Source: Cystobasidiomycetes sp. EMM_F5 (taxonomy: Eukaryota). From it: a DNA stretch of 64,000 bases. Under the pieces are notes generated by a model that was not told where the DNA came from, made no database searches, and saw nothing but the letters and a program-made list of their open reading frames with translations. Positions 11,401 to 24,600 of the stretch are shown here, in pieces. Each line of letters opens with the position of its first letter. The stretch's first letter is position 1. Location: the NCBI GenBank assembly GCA_051047955.1, contig JBPGPT010000015.1, positions 1-64,000 of the forward strand, in the 5' to 3' direction. A program made the translations under genes and the position numbers.

Positions 11401-12828
11401 AGCATGCCACCAGAGTCAGTAGAACTCGTGCAAGAAGGTGCCCGCATATACTCGCATATGCTGGTCTCAGATGGCAAGTTCGATGAAGCAGGTATCAAGA
11501 CTATCTTTGAAGAGGCCGGCAATTACGAGGGCTGCCTTGCTGCGCGCAGATTCCAAGACAATCTATCCGACATGAAAGCGCAGGTCTCCGCCTGTTCCGT
11601 CGGTTCTTCCAAGATCCAGGACTTGTTTACGGAGTATGGAAGGAAGGTCGTGCTGTTTTACATGACAGCCATCCGCCAAAATGCAGAGTTGGGAGTCCGG
11701 GCTTACCTGAAGCGTGTGTATAAAGAACGAAACGGCGTTCCTTTGTCAGCTATCGACTACATGGACGACGGAACACCAATATCCCTAACGATCACTATCA
11801 ATCCCGAGGACGGCTCCGCCAAATTCGACTTCGAGGGTACCGGACCGGAGGGATACCACAATCTTAACGCCCCTCCAGCTGTCGCAAAGTCTGCCATACT
11901 ATACTGCCTGCGTTGCTTAATTGGCATTGATATGCCTTTGAATTCTGGCTGTTTGGCGCCCCTCGATGTCATCATTCCGCCGGGTACGATCATCAGTCCA
12001 TCGGAACACGTTGCAGTCAGCTCAGGCAACACAGAAACGTCTCAACGCGTAACGGATGTAGTTTTCAAGGCCTTCGAAGCAACGGCTGGTAGCCAAGGTT
12101 GTATGAACGTATTCCAGGCAAACTACAAAGACCTGGCCTACGGCGAAGTAAGCACTTGCTTTCGACCGCTTCAATGGCCTGTGCTGACATAGTCTCAGAC
12201 GATCTGCGGTGGTCATGGCGCTGGTCCTACATGGCAAGGCGAATCCGGTGTACACATCAACATGACCAACACTCGGATGACGGATGCTGAAATCTTTGAG
12301 AAACGATTTCCTATCATCTTGCGCGAGTTCAGCATTCGTGCTGGAAGTGGAGGTCAAGGGCGGAACAAGGGCGGCGACGGGGTGCATCGCGAGTTTGAGT
12401 TTATCGTGCCGACTAGCGTAAGTGATGTATGCAAATTCACGCGAGCCGTTCGCCTAACTTTGTGTGCGCAGGCTGCCGTGATTGGAGAGAGGCGCGTGAA
12501 TGCGCCGTACGGTCTTCACGGCGGAGAGCCTGGACAACGAGGGTGTGCGTACTGGATGAGGAGGAATACGGATGGCTCACTCCGGAAGACCAAGATGAAG
12601 CCTTCGCAAACGATAGACGCGCTGAGAGGGGAGAGACTCGTCATACACACGCCTGGCGGTGGTGGGTACGGCAGCAAGAAACCGACATCGGAAACAAGCA
12701 AGAAGGTCTACACCAATGGTTCCCATATGAATGGCAGCACTCCAACCTTGAATCACAAAACTACCTTCTATCCTCGAGCCAACGGCTCCATTAATGCGTA
12801 TCAGAGCGCGGGTGAATCCAGTCAGTAG
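8429..12828 (+). CDS. OXP1: 5-oxoprolinase (ATP-hydrolysing; fused hydantoinase A/B family), multi-exon
   Basis: [125 protein letters not shown]. Confidence 0.95.
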
Positions 12829-13037
12829 CTACAGCTTTTAGTACAATAGTGTCTATAGAAATGTCAGTAGTATGTGTGAGTACCCGTTGTACAGCTTGGG
12901 AGAACACGGTCTTTATTTCAAATCTGTGCCAACATGCTCACTTGTCTGACGTGGCCTTCTATGCTAACCAACAACGCGCAAATGCATAGCGTCTGGATCC
13001 GCCTTCAGCTGTTGACCTGCAACCGAGCCATGCCAAG

Positions 13038-15705
13038 ATGACCACACGGATTGATCCGAATAGCAACTCGTCGGATACTTCACGGCGACGCGTTGCGCAC
13101 ATCGGTAGAGCGTGCTTGCCATGTCGCTCAAGGTGTGTTGCCAGTCGGTCTACTTGTGCTACTGCAGACTTTATCGCTAAAGCCAGCCTTATCCGCCGCA
13201 GAAAAGTACGCTGCGACGGGCAGAAGCCATGCTGTACTGGATGTCAGCGTGCAGAGTTGACCTGTACATACAGTCATTCTGAGGATGGACGCAAAGCTGG
13301 CGCCCTGCTCAGGGCGAGAATGCGCAAAGCGTCGCAACTGTCGCGACATGCGCAGGAAATCCCGGCCCAAACGTCGAGCGTTGCGGCTCAGCCTGCTAAC
13401 GAGATTGAGCAACTGCGAAGACGGAATGTGCAACTACGATCCTCCGTCCTTGCACTCGAACAAGCTTTATTACGGAATGGCGTATCGATAACCGAAGCTT
13501 TAGCTGATTCTCCCGAGACATTGGGAGCGGAGACAACGTCCGCAACGGATGACGACGTGGACGAGGTGGAGGATCTGGAGCGCTTGCAGCTGGACGGGGT
13601 GTTCTCAGCGACGTTGAATCATTTTGGTCCCACTTCAGCTTTCCAGTATCTGACGACGACATCTGCTGAGGCGACGTCTGGAGTTCAGACCAGTGCAAGC
13701 GGAGTCTCTGCCGACACTATGTGGATGGTAGCACCGCAATGCGACGCTTGGTCCCGACATTTGCCGTCATTGGGTATATCGAGACGTACCCACGATATAC
13801 TGCTCGAGTTTGCCGAGGCGTTCTTCACACCATGGTGTTGGGTAGATTAGCTCATTTAGTCCTTGTGCTCTTACACTGAGGCCTTGCCGTCTGCAGGTGG
13901 TGCACTTTGCGCCTTTCAGGCGGGATCTCGCGGATTGCTCGCAAACGTCCAACAATCTTTCTCGGACGCAGTCGTATTCGCCCTTGCTGCACAATGCTAT
14001 CATGGCCATCGGAGCGTCTTTGTGGCACGGTGAGCGCATAACGGAGCCTTTTCCAGCTTTACGGGACTACCCAGAGTCGGCCGGCGATCCTGCTGAAATT
14101 GCTGGGGATGCTTTCGCCAATCAAGCCAAATCGTATTTCAACGAAGAGTGCGAGATGCCAATGCAGAGTACTGTGAACGGGCTACTCTTGCTAGCAAGTT
14201 TCTACTCTGGGCGAGGAAAACCAAATCTAGGACGTAAGCAGCCAGCATGTGTCTGCGCTCAAAACCCATCTGATCTACCGAACCGCTGCAGACACCTTCT
14301 TCGCTACTGCGGTCGCTACCAGTCAGTCGCTTGGTTTGAATCTGGATGTACGTCCCGTTTCTCTTCGTAGGCTGGAACAACGACTCAAGTCATTGTGTTG
14401 GCAGTGCTCAGCTTTTGTCGAGAAAGGTTTGCTGTCTCCTCAAGCAAAGTTGCAGCGGGATCAGCTGTTTTGGACTGTCTTCATACAGGACAAGGTAGGC
14501 TATTCTACCGTTGCGATGTGATCCCCCTGAACGGTTCCTAGCTTTGGACCATCGCCATCGGACGTTTCGCAAACCTTTCGGAGGATGTACACAATATATC
14601 TCAGCCAATACTTCCACTACAGGTAGATGACGAGGCCTGGGTGGCACCCAGAATTTGGCGTGACATGTCACCTTCCGCTTCGCAAACTGCCTACGGCGCA
14701 CCTTGCAATGTCGCGACATCCTGGATGGAGACTGTCCGCCTCGCTACGATTCAAAGCGAAATGCTTATGACGCTTTACTCGTTGAGGGCCTGCCGAACTG
14801 CAAAGACTCGCCTGACCGCCGTTCAGACAATCTTGGCTAGCGCACAGAACTGGTACTCCTGCCTCCCTTCGTCTCTCAGCATAACAAGCCTCAAGATCCC
14901 GCCTCCTCACGTTCTAACACTACATTTGACATATTTTTATACTACCATGCTACTTACCAGGCCAGTCTGGCAGCAAGCAGCTCAGGGCGAGCGCAATCAC
15001 GAGGCAATTACTATCTGTCAGGCAGCTGGAGTAAGGGTAGTCGAGATTCTACAGGTCAGTCAATACCATGTCTCGCCCGAGCGATCGTCACTGAGCATAC
15101 TTGCAGATGTATGACGAATACTACGGACTTAGCTACTCGCCTTTAACCTCGATACAGACGACCTTTGTCGCCGGAACTGTGCACCTGCTGGATGCCTTGC
15201 AAGCTCGGCAAGAATCTCAGGATTTGAGTAAGGCATTACGCAATGCGGCATTCTGCGTATGTTCCGATTCTCAATAGCACAGAAAACAGCCTGATACCTT
15301 TCGCAGATCACCGCTTTAGATCGTGCTGGTGCAAGTTGGCGTAGCGCTCAACGAGTCAGTCGTATACTTGCGTCTCTCTTTCAGCGATGGCTTCCGGGAA
15401 GTCTGGAAGAGATGCAGCGTCAGATGTGGCTGCCGCCAGGCTTTTTGTCAGAGCGACCTCCGCGACCAACTACATTTCGTACGGCAGTACAAAACGCTGA
15501 GCCCACATTGTCAAGCTCGACTTTGCTGGACCCTTCATCGATGGCATGGTTAGAGCAACTTCTGTACGAGAATGACGGAGCGGGACGAGACGGTCCTTCT
15601 ATAGGGCCTACTGCTTACAACGACGCGATCCTATCAAGTTTCGATTTCTCGATAGAGTCTTTCGACACCATGTTGCGTGCAACAGGCGCTGCATTTGCTG
15701 ACTAG
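13038..15705 (+). CDS. Zn(II)2Cys6 transcription factor with fungal-specific TF middle domain
   Basis: ACLPCRSR|RKVRCDGQKPCCTGCQRAELTC (split by an intron), coiled coil, HFGPTSAF, YSPLLHNAIMAIG, RDQLFWTVFIQDK, PPHVLTLHLTY. Confidence 0.9.
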
Positions 15706-15721
15706 CCCTACAATTCAACAA

Positions 15722-17357
15722 TCATAATCGAGTCATGCGTTGCATCTTCCATCCCTCGACTTGGCTTAGATCCATCTGCAATGAGTAATCAGTGTTGAAC
15801 AAAGTGAGTCTAGAGAGATCTAGACTTACGGCCGGCACATCTGGACGCGATGTGTCCTGAACAATCTGCTGATCTGGCCGCCACCTCCAAGCACTCGCGT
15901 ATTTCGACGCTAGCTCCCCTTCAAGCATTTGGACGACATAAAGGCCGATATTTGGGAGGAATTTGAAGCCGTGAGCGCATGCACCTCCGGCTATGAAGAG
16001 ATTTGGCATCTCGGGATGAGGAGTGATGAGAAAATTGGCATCAGGAGTGCTTTGTGTTAGAAGTTAGACGGGTATTAGCTCAGATCCTCAGTGTTCCTAC
16101 CATGGCTCGCTTACTCTGCATCCCAGCACATGCGCTCGTACGCGAAAGGCCGATCAGCCAAGTCAGGCAGACATTCGCGCAATAGTTGGCGAACCAGGCC
16201 TTTGGCTTCATCTGGAATGCCATCGCCAGGGTATCGAGCCTTTGATCGTGGGTACGATTTACCAGGGGACAGGTAGTGTGTGTAGCCCACACCATGGGGG
16301 GCTATCTTGAGCCTGCGACCATCCACGTCTGGTTCAAATAGATACCCCAGTTCTCGATTGTTGATGACTGGCGTGTTCTTCCACTGCCGTGCTTCCTCTT
16401 CAGTCAGCTCAATGTGGATGAAACACCAGCTGGAGTTTACAGCTTGCGTCAGTATGTCACGCATTGTTGACAACACAGCGGACCCCACCTTTTGGCAAGG
16501 GCTTGACCCTTTGTGTCAATGATAGAATCCAGCCAAGCGCCACAGGCAAGGATAACTTTTTGAGCATTGTGAATTGAGCCGTCTTCTGTTTTGACGCCCA
16601 AAACGCCGCCGCGGTTGTCTGTGACAAGGGAAATCGCTGTTCCGGCCTCTCCAAACACGAAGCGGATACCCAGCCTTTCGCATTCTTCGTAGACAGCCTT
16701 GAGGGAATTATACGCATGCGTCCAGCCAGCCTTCTCGTTGTAAACGCCTTTCCAACCGCTGTACATGCAAATCAGTGTGACGAAAATGTGGTCAAGACAG
16801 TACACGACTGACCTCATCGGCCCTGTCAAGACTTTGGCTTTCTTTCGGAAATCTGCAGGCTCTTCTAGCCGCTCAAACTTCACGCCGCGTGCTTCAGAGT
16901 TTTTTATCGCGTCCTGCCAGTTCTTCACACTGTTAAATTGATGGATGGTCAGCGAGACTTGCATCGAACGCAAACTGCGGACAGCAAGACGTACCTCTTC
17001 TGACTTCGGCCTGTGACGGAAAAAATATAACCGCATTCAGAGTAGCATCCAGCCAGACATGGCTCCGACAGCCACATCTCTCGAGCTTCTTGTGCGAGTT
17101 CGCTGTACAGCGGGTCGGCATATTCGGTTCTGAATATCTTGTTTAGGTCGTAGCCAGCACTGTCTTGGGAGGGTGCTTGGTGCCGGTCGATGACGGTAAC
17201 ATTGGTGTATCCTTTACGAGCCAGATGCCACGCGGTCGACAAACCAAACGCGCCTCCGCCCTGTTGGTAAAAGTAAGGAGTGAGTATTGGCAGAGGGAAC
17301 CTAAGTTAGCCGTGGATGACACACAACAATAAGGATGCTGTCTTGAGTACGAGACAT
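15722..17357 (-). CDS. FAD-dependent oxidase of the sarcosine / L-pipecolate / fructosyl-amino-acid (amadoriase) family
   Basis: Dinucleotide-binding ILIV|GGGAFGLSTAWHLA, SAGYDLNKIFRTEY, VILACGAW, RMCWDA(D)TPD (candidate flavinylated Cys) and HGFKFLPNIG. Confidence 0.9.
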
Positions 17358-17937
17358 GGCTGGCGATGTGTGAGAGAGAAAGGAGGAGGTCGAGCATTGA
17401 GCGTAAGTCGGTATGTCGTACAATTTCGCGCGTTATCCGGCTGGATTATCGTTAAAATTCCGATAGATCCGAGTGGCACACCTGTTCCGGACCAGCTCGT
17501 GCTGGTTTTGCGCTTCAAGCGGGTTATGCCAATGACATTGCCGTATACTGCTGTCCGGGAAGTAGCGCCAGTGTGCCTTCTGGTTGCGCCCAGACGGGCT
17601 GAAGAACAGCCGTCCTTTTCGTGCCCTCAGGCAGCAGCTCGACATGCATTCCATCCGTGACAGCTGGCATAGTCATATCCTCATCCTCTGATGCTGAGAC
17701 TAGCATAGAGTGCCATTGTTCTTGCTGCTGCTGTTGCCATCCGCCGAGGTTATCGTACCCTTCAAATTGATTCGAGTTCAATGCCGCTTGTTTTGTAACG
17801 TACCGAACATGTTCGCTCTCACCATGCCCCTGCAGACTGCTCGTAAATAATCTGGAGAGAGACTGCACTGACCTCAAGAGGCGCGCACTCAAGGCCTTGC
17901 ATACCTCACATTGCGACCATAGGACTGCCGAGCAAAT

Positions 17938-19281
17938 ATGGCGACTCCAATGACCGCGCTCGACCACCTGCCAGTCGACCTGTTGCGAGTCTACGAAGCT
18001 TGCATAGCGTCCAAGGAGGTGCTCTACTACCCTTCGACCGTCACTGTGGAAGATAATGCTATCAGGGTGAGTACTGGCCAGGTCCACGTAGAAACGAATG
18101 ACAGACTAACTGCCGCTAGATGTGCCGCAAAGTAGACTCAGATACGGTTGTGCGAATCCCTCTCACGCAAGCCTGGTCCCACTCCCGAACAACGTGGTCA
18201 GGCTACGCCAGATAGCGAGAAGCTGAAGCGCAAAGACGTATTTGCCGTAGAAAACTGGGACACCCTGCTCGTCGATGGCAATATCGAGAGCGGCTTCGAC
18301 GAAGCATATGGTGTTCTCCTCGTAGGCTTCGTTGTGAACCCACAACCTCTGCTGGATGGCGTGTTGACATACCCTACAGAATAAATTTGCGGTAGTTCCG
18401 TATCATTTCGTACGCTTGCACTCACAATCGGCAGGCATTGATACATCCCGCTAATAGCACACTGTGGCCACATTTCAGGTTCTAGTCACTAAGCATTGGG
18501 AGTCGCAGAAGCTGCCATTATCGCCGCCTCAGCTCCTTACATCTTACCGGATTTTGCAGTCATTCGCAAATGCCCGCCGCGAAGCCAAGTCAGCAGCAAG
18601 CGAGCTGCTTTGCTTTTTTAACTGCGGAGACTCTTCCGGCGCGTCTCAACCTCACAAACACGTTCAGTTCGCACCGATGGAAGGCGACGGTTCGCTGGGC
18701 CATTTTCCAACCGAGAAGGCTGCTGCTGCTTGTACTCTTGAACCGCACGAACTCGATAATCCCTTCTTGCTTGGAGATTTGGCTCATGCTCATCATGTCC
18801 GGCGTCTGCAAGGGTCGATCCTGACTCCCGATGCCCTGGCTAAAGATCCGGCTACGGCAATGCAACACCTGCAAATCGTCTATCTCTCTCTGCTCGATGG
18901 TATGATTGACAATCTGCGTGCGCTGCCAGGTCTGGAGCAGCTCAAGCTCGGGAAAGGCTTGAGCTACAATCTTCTATTGACAAGGCAGCACATGCACATC
19001 ATACCGCGGAGTCAAGGGGGCTACAGACTGCCGGAAGATGACACATTTATCGGCTGCAACTCACTAGCCTACACTGTAAGTCTAGCTGTGGCATTGTTTC
19101 CAATGGACTCGGTTTGACGTATTACCGAGACACGCAGGGCACTTTACTCGTCAAGTCGGAAGCGGATGCGCGGCATCTGCGGGCACACGGAGGCGTGTTA
19201 GAAGCACTTAGGGTATGTGGATTCCCGAAAGCCGATGTAAACGCAAATCTCGACCCAAATCACGACGTAGACGGACAATGA
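17938..19281 (+). CDS. ATP adenylyltransferase / Ap4A phosphorylase (Apa1/Apa2 family)
   Basis: FFNCGDSSGASQPHKHVQF (HxHxQ motif), SYNLLLTRQHMHIIPRS, NSLAYT|GTLLVKS. Confidence 0.9.
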
Positions 19282-19294
19282 AACAAAAGTATCA

Positions 19295-21563
19295 CTATTT
19301 TTGAGACATTCTGCTGCGTATAAAGTCGATCATGCTAGACCGGTCTATTAGATGGCCATCTTTATCCTTTTCGGAGTCTGTAAGAGCACTTTCTTTGCCT
19401 AATTGTTCCTTGATACGGACTTTTCCGTCTTGTAATTCGCTTGCGCCAATGATGACTGCAAAAGGAATCTGGTCTCGCTCAATGACGTCGAACTGAGGTC
19501 GAGCCTTCGGCTTCGCCTTGTACAAGAACTCAGTCTGACGATGCGAAGCAAACGTTAGCTGTCGTTGAACGATGTTACGCCAGCGGCTGCAGAAGTAGCT
19601 TACCTTCAAGCCAGCATCCCACAGCTCCTTTGCTATCTGCATCCTTTCTATCAGAAGGCCATCACCGACAGCCATAACGAAAACGTCAACATCCTTGCTC
19701 TTCATATTGTCTTTGAATTGCGCCAGGCGTTTTTTCCACAAGATCGAAAATATGCGCTCGACGCCAAAGGAGATACCGACGCAGGGAATTTGCGTTCCGT
19801 TTGCGGAAAACATCGAAACGAGGTTATCATATCGACCTCCAGCAGCGATGGACCCTACCCCGACTTTTGCGTCCTCATCTTCGGGATTGGCGCCATTCGC
19901 CTGCGTATTTGCAGCATCCTTCTCTGCTTTGGCTTCCGGAGAAGCGTTGGCGGCTGTCGGTTTGGGCGGGGCAGAATCAGCTGTTACGGCTTCGTAGATG
20001 ATTCCGGTATAGTAGTCCAAGCCTCTGGCCAGAGACAGGTCGAAAGACATCTAGCAGTATCGATCAGTCTCAGCTGTAACGATGGTAATACAGACACAGG
20101 GACACTGACTCTGTGAAGAATGCCGTAGGCTTTCAGGTAGGTAAAAAGCAGCTGCATATCTTGCAAGCCCTCCTTGGCTTGCTTATTCCGTGTTAGGGCG
20201 ACATCCGATGCGAGCGTTCGTAACAGCTCTTCAGAACCTGTGGAGAAGTTCAGTCTACCTGTTGAAACTATATTATGATCGAGTAGAAAGCACCACACCT
20301 TTCAGCTTAACGTATTGTCCAATTTTATCGGCAATAGTTGGGTCCAGACCCTTCTCGTTGCACATCTCCGCCTTGACCTCTTCCCATGATAGCTTGTCCA
20401 ATTTGTCGACAGCACTCGATATCGTCCGCGTCTTGTCGACAGGGACACCACAGATGGCAAATATACCATCCAAAATCTTTCTATGATTTACCTATGTGAT
20501 TGTAGAGAAGGTAAGCATCGATGTACACAAGGTACAAAAAAGAGTCGCACCTTTATCGTAAAGTCCCCTACGTCCAATCCCTCCAGAACCTGCACGGCTA
20601 CCACTAGCACCTCTGCATCCGGCACCATGGCATCGTATGCGCCCGCAACGTCGTAATCGCACTGGTAAAACTCCCTCATACGGCCTTTTGTCATCGCTGG
20701 ATTGTCCCGCCTATAGACTTTGGCGATATGATACCGCTTGATGTTCTGATAGGTAGTGCCATTCATAGCTAAGAAGCGCGCAAACGGTACCTGTATGGAG
20801 ATGAAGATTAGCATGGGCTCACGTAGCGGCAAGGACAACCTGACGAAGCACTCCTCACCGTCAAATCGTATCGCAAGCTGCATATCTCACCGCCTTGATC
20901 TGCCAAATCATAGATGAGTTTGGAGTCTTCTCCGTACTTTCCAGCTAATATCTCCTTCATCTCGAAGACTGGGGTGTCGATAGTAGCTGCTCCATGGCGT
21001 TCGAAGACATCTGTAATTGTACGGAAAATGAACTGGCGAAGCAGCATCTCGCTAGGATGATGATCTTTCGTGCCCTATCATTACCATAGCGCAAGTATTG
21101 GCCATATCAGGCGTGTTTTGCATCATATGTAAATTTGGCAGTGGCGGACGTTCAGCCGACGGAACACAGGGAGACTTGCAGCTGCTGATCCACTGACCTT
21201 CGGCACTTTCAGTGTAATCTTGTGCTTTTCCATTTCGGCATTGTGTTCTTTCTCCGCTTTACCGAGTTGAATCTTCAGTTCCTTGACCTCTGCCTGCAAT
21301 GACTCGAGACTGCCAACGCTGCTGCTGCTGGCTGGGCCGCCTTGCTTGATGATTCGGATCTGCCCCCCAATCTCGGCGATGCGCGTTTTGAGTGCGTCGA
21401 CTGTCGCACTCGTCATGCTGTTTGAGCTGATGTCGAGATCCGACGACAGATATCGTGCCCAGTTTTGATGCGATGCCCGGGACAGACTTGGGAGGGGTGC
21501 AGTCGGTCGCAAGCCCACGAGCGTGCGACTGATCAAGCGAACCCGCTGAATGGTGGAGAGCGT
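19295..21563 (-). CDS. HTS1: Histidyl-tRNA synthetase; cytosolic start ATG at 21416, probable mitochondrial extension from about 21563
   Basis: [86 protein letters not shown]. Confidence 0.96.
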
Positions 21564-21699
21564 TTTGAGCGGTTCCAGCAGAGGTTCACAAAGGCCAAAT
21601 GAATCAAGTAAATTATGGATAGTAACGATTATCAAAGGCGGATCAACTATGATTCCCATGAGACAGACTACTAAGCTAGAATCGAGATTCCAACGTTAT

Positions 21700-24600
21700 C
21701 TACCAAGCCAACCAAGCCAATATGCTCCTAGGGAATGCCCGATTTACTGCCTTTCGCGATTCGTCCAGTAAAAGAATGGCGACCGCGAAGGCAAAGGCAA
21801 TTCCCCAGTACTCTCCTGGAGCACCGCGTGTCAAAAAGGCTGAGTTGAACGCGGGAACGCTGGTCACGCAGATATGAGCTTGTTTTCATATTCGGGCTGC
21901 GAAGCTAAACTCACTAAGAGAAGAAGGATGCGAGACTGAGGGAAATAGCCATGGCGGGGAAGAGGTAGAAATTCCGCCCAACTCCGGAAAGAGGATTCTG
22001 CTGCAGTATCGAGAGATGTTTCGTTCGCGTGCTCAAGAGGTTACCAAACTGTTTCCAGGCCCTCATTTAGCGGATACCAGATGCGAAGATTGTTCAACTC
22101 TGCCCTCACCTGCATGATGACCAGAGTGTAGAAGTATACACTTTGCGCAACATTGACCTGCTCGCTGTAAAAGTCTGGATCTATACCGTCGGGCGTACCA
22201 TACGAGCTAACAGCAGCAGAAATTAGCGATATTTCGAAATTTGAAGTACGAGGCTTACAGGAAGATCTTCGAGAACGGAATGCCCCGGCGTTGAAGGTAC
22301 CAGAAGGACATGCTGTTTGCGCACAGGGACTCAAACAAGCCCAAAAAGCCGTAGGCGTGCAGCAGTAATCTCCAAGTCACAAGGTGGTCCTTCTTTGGGT
22401 TTCTTGGAGCCCTTTTCAGCAAGTCCGCCTCCGGCTTTTCGAGAACGAGAGACAAGGCCGGCAGCACATCTGTAATCACGCAGATGATGATCATTTGAAT
22501 ACTGCTGAGGATTTGTGGCAGACCAAAGATGCTATTGAGAAGGATTGGCATCAATTCGCTGAAACTCCCTGCTGGAAGCTGAAGCCATCCGAAGTTAGCC
22601 TTAAGCGTGTCAGGTACGGAAAGCCGGACATACCAGGTAGCAGATACTCTTCTGCAAATTATCGAAGACGAGCCGGCCGCGTTGAAGAGCGATAACGATT
22701 GCCGCAAAACTATCGAGGAAGACAAGATCCGATGCCTCGATAGCGACGTCGGAGCCACCAGCAATGGCAATACCAATATCTGCCTGCTTGAGCGACGGAC
22801 TATCATTGACACCGTCACCCGTCATACCGACAATCAAGCCACGCTTCTGCAACTCCTTGACGATGCGGAGTTTCTGTTCCGGTGTAGTACGAGCAAAGCA
22901 TACTTCCTCATATTGCCTGGTTCCGAGATTGGGGTCAGTCATGTCCCAAACGAAAGAGTTCTTGCTCGTAAATGCTCACGCTATTGCATCCCAGTGGGCG
23001 TCGCTCGTCCTCATTAGATCCGTACCATCCAGTACCAACGATTGCCGGGCGAAACGTATGTGCCTGTCATTGACGGGCGAATCGTCATCGCTCTTATTAT
23101 CGCCATCTTGCAGCAGATTATGCAAGCCGTCAACACGTTTGGGATCCGTCAAGATACCGCACTGTTGCGCGATGGCTGCTGCCGTGCCTTTGAAATCTCC
23201 AGTGACCATGAAGCACCGGATGCCTGCTTGTCTGCATATCTTGATGGCTTCGGGAATGCCCTCACGTGGCGGATCGATGAGACCGACAAGACCGACAACT
23301 TCTAGACCGACGTTGTTCTGAGCGATATATTCTGCTATTGCTGACGGATCGCGCAGTAGTGCGTCGGAAAGTTGAATATGCTTGCGAGCGAGGAGCAGAA
23401 CGCGCTGGCCACTGTTTGCCCATCGCTCCTGGACAGCTACGATGGCATTCATCCTCTCGGCATCGAGTGCCTCAGTCTGACCAGTGAGAGCATCGAAAGC
23501 ATAAGAGCAGCGTTTCAAGAGTACATCGGGAGCTCCTTTGACAAGCATGATATGTTGGCCATCTGACAAAGGCAAGGCCTTCGCTTCGGCTGGGACAATG
23601 TCGACTCCATGTGTGATTACTTTGATCATGAACTTGGTGGCACTTGAGAAGCTCTGAGTGTAAGCCACGTCGAAGTGAGACCGCGTGGCATCACTGGCTG
23701 ATAGCGAATCCGAAAAGCGGAGGATGGCAGAGTCTGTCGCATCACCTGCAGTCTCACGCGGGATTTGAGGGTGCTCCGGATCCTGAGGGGTCGTGTACTG
23801 TGTACAGTTTGAAGGAGTCAGTACTGTTCAGGAGGCAATGTCATGGACCGCAGCGTACCTTGGCTCCGTTGCAGACGCAGCTGATGATTTGCAGCAGCCT
23901 CGCCGATACTGATTGAGTAGGTGTCCCAAGAAGCTTATCGCGACCTTGTAAAGGAGTAAACTCGTCACCCAGCATGTAGCAAGATACAACTGCCATCTTG
24001 TTTGCCGTTAAGGTACCCGTCTTGTCTGAGCACAAGCAGTTGACGGAGCCCAAACTTCACGTTGCATAATTAGCTTGCTAGCCGTCGCGCGACTTCGCGC
24101 CGCTACTCACGTTTCGACTGTAGCAAGACTCTTGCAGAGAACGCGCTCTTTGGCAAGGCTGCGAGCAATTTGCGCCAAACTCAGTGTAACGGTGACGGGA
24201 AGGCCTGTGTGTCGACATCGGAGTGCATGCGTGAAATGTCAGACGATATACGACATCCAATGTAGGAGCTAAACCACTGCTTACCTTCCGGAATGAAAGC
24301 CACGGCAACCGAAACGACGTTGATCTACGAGAGTGTAATCGTAAATCGATGGTTCGAACTCTACGGAAATGACCTCACAAGCAAGACTGGCACCGTAATG
24401 AAACCTGGGTAGTCCCGTCGAATCCAGGCGGCCCACAAAATGACCAGAATGACGGCAACGGTGACAGCGAGCGATGCAATGATGAGAACGAAGCGCAAAA
24501 TCTCCCTCTCTAATGTTGTGAGACCAGCTTTCGGTTTTGAAGATAGCTTGCTGATACGTCCAAACACAGTGTTATCACTGACGATAGTTGTGTGCATCAG

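Noticed and set aside
17524..18087. 187-aa minus-strand ORF with a poly-Q run
   Set aside because: It overlaps the Ap4A phosphorylase start in antisense and the divergent promoter, with no recognisable domain.
19565..20116. Long antisense ORFs over HisRS (similar ones over the ATPase, Spt2 and the membrane protein)
   Set aside because: Shadow ORFs are expected opposite real coding sequence at this GC content.
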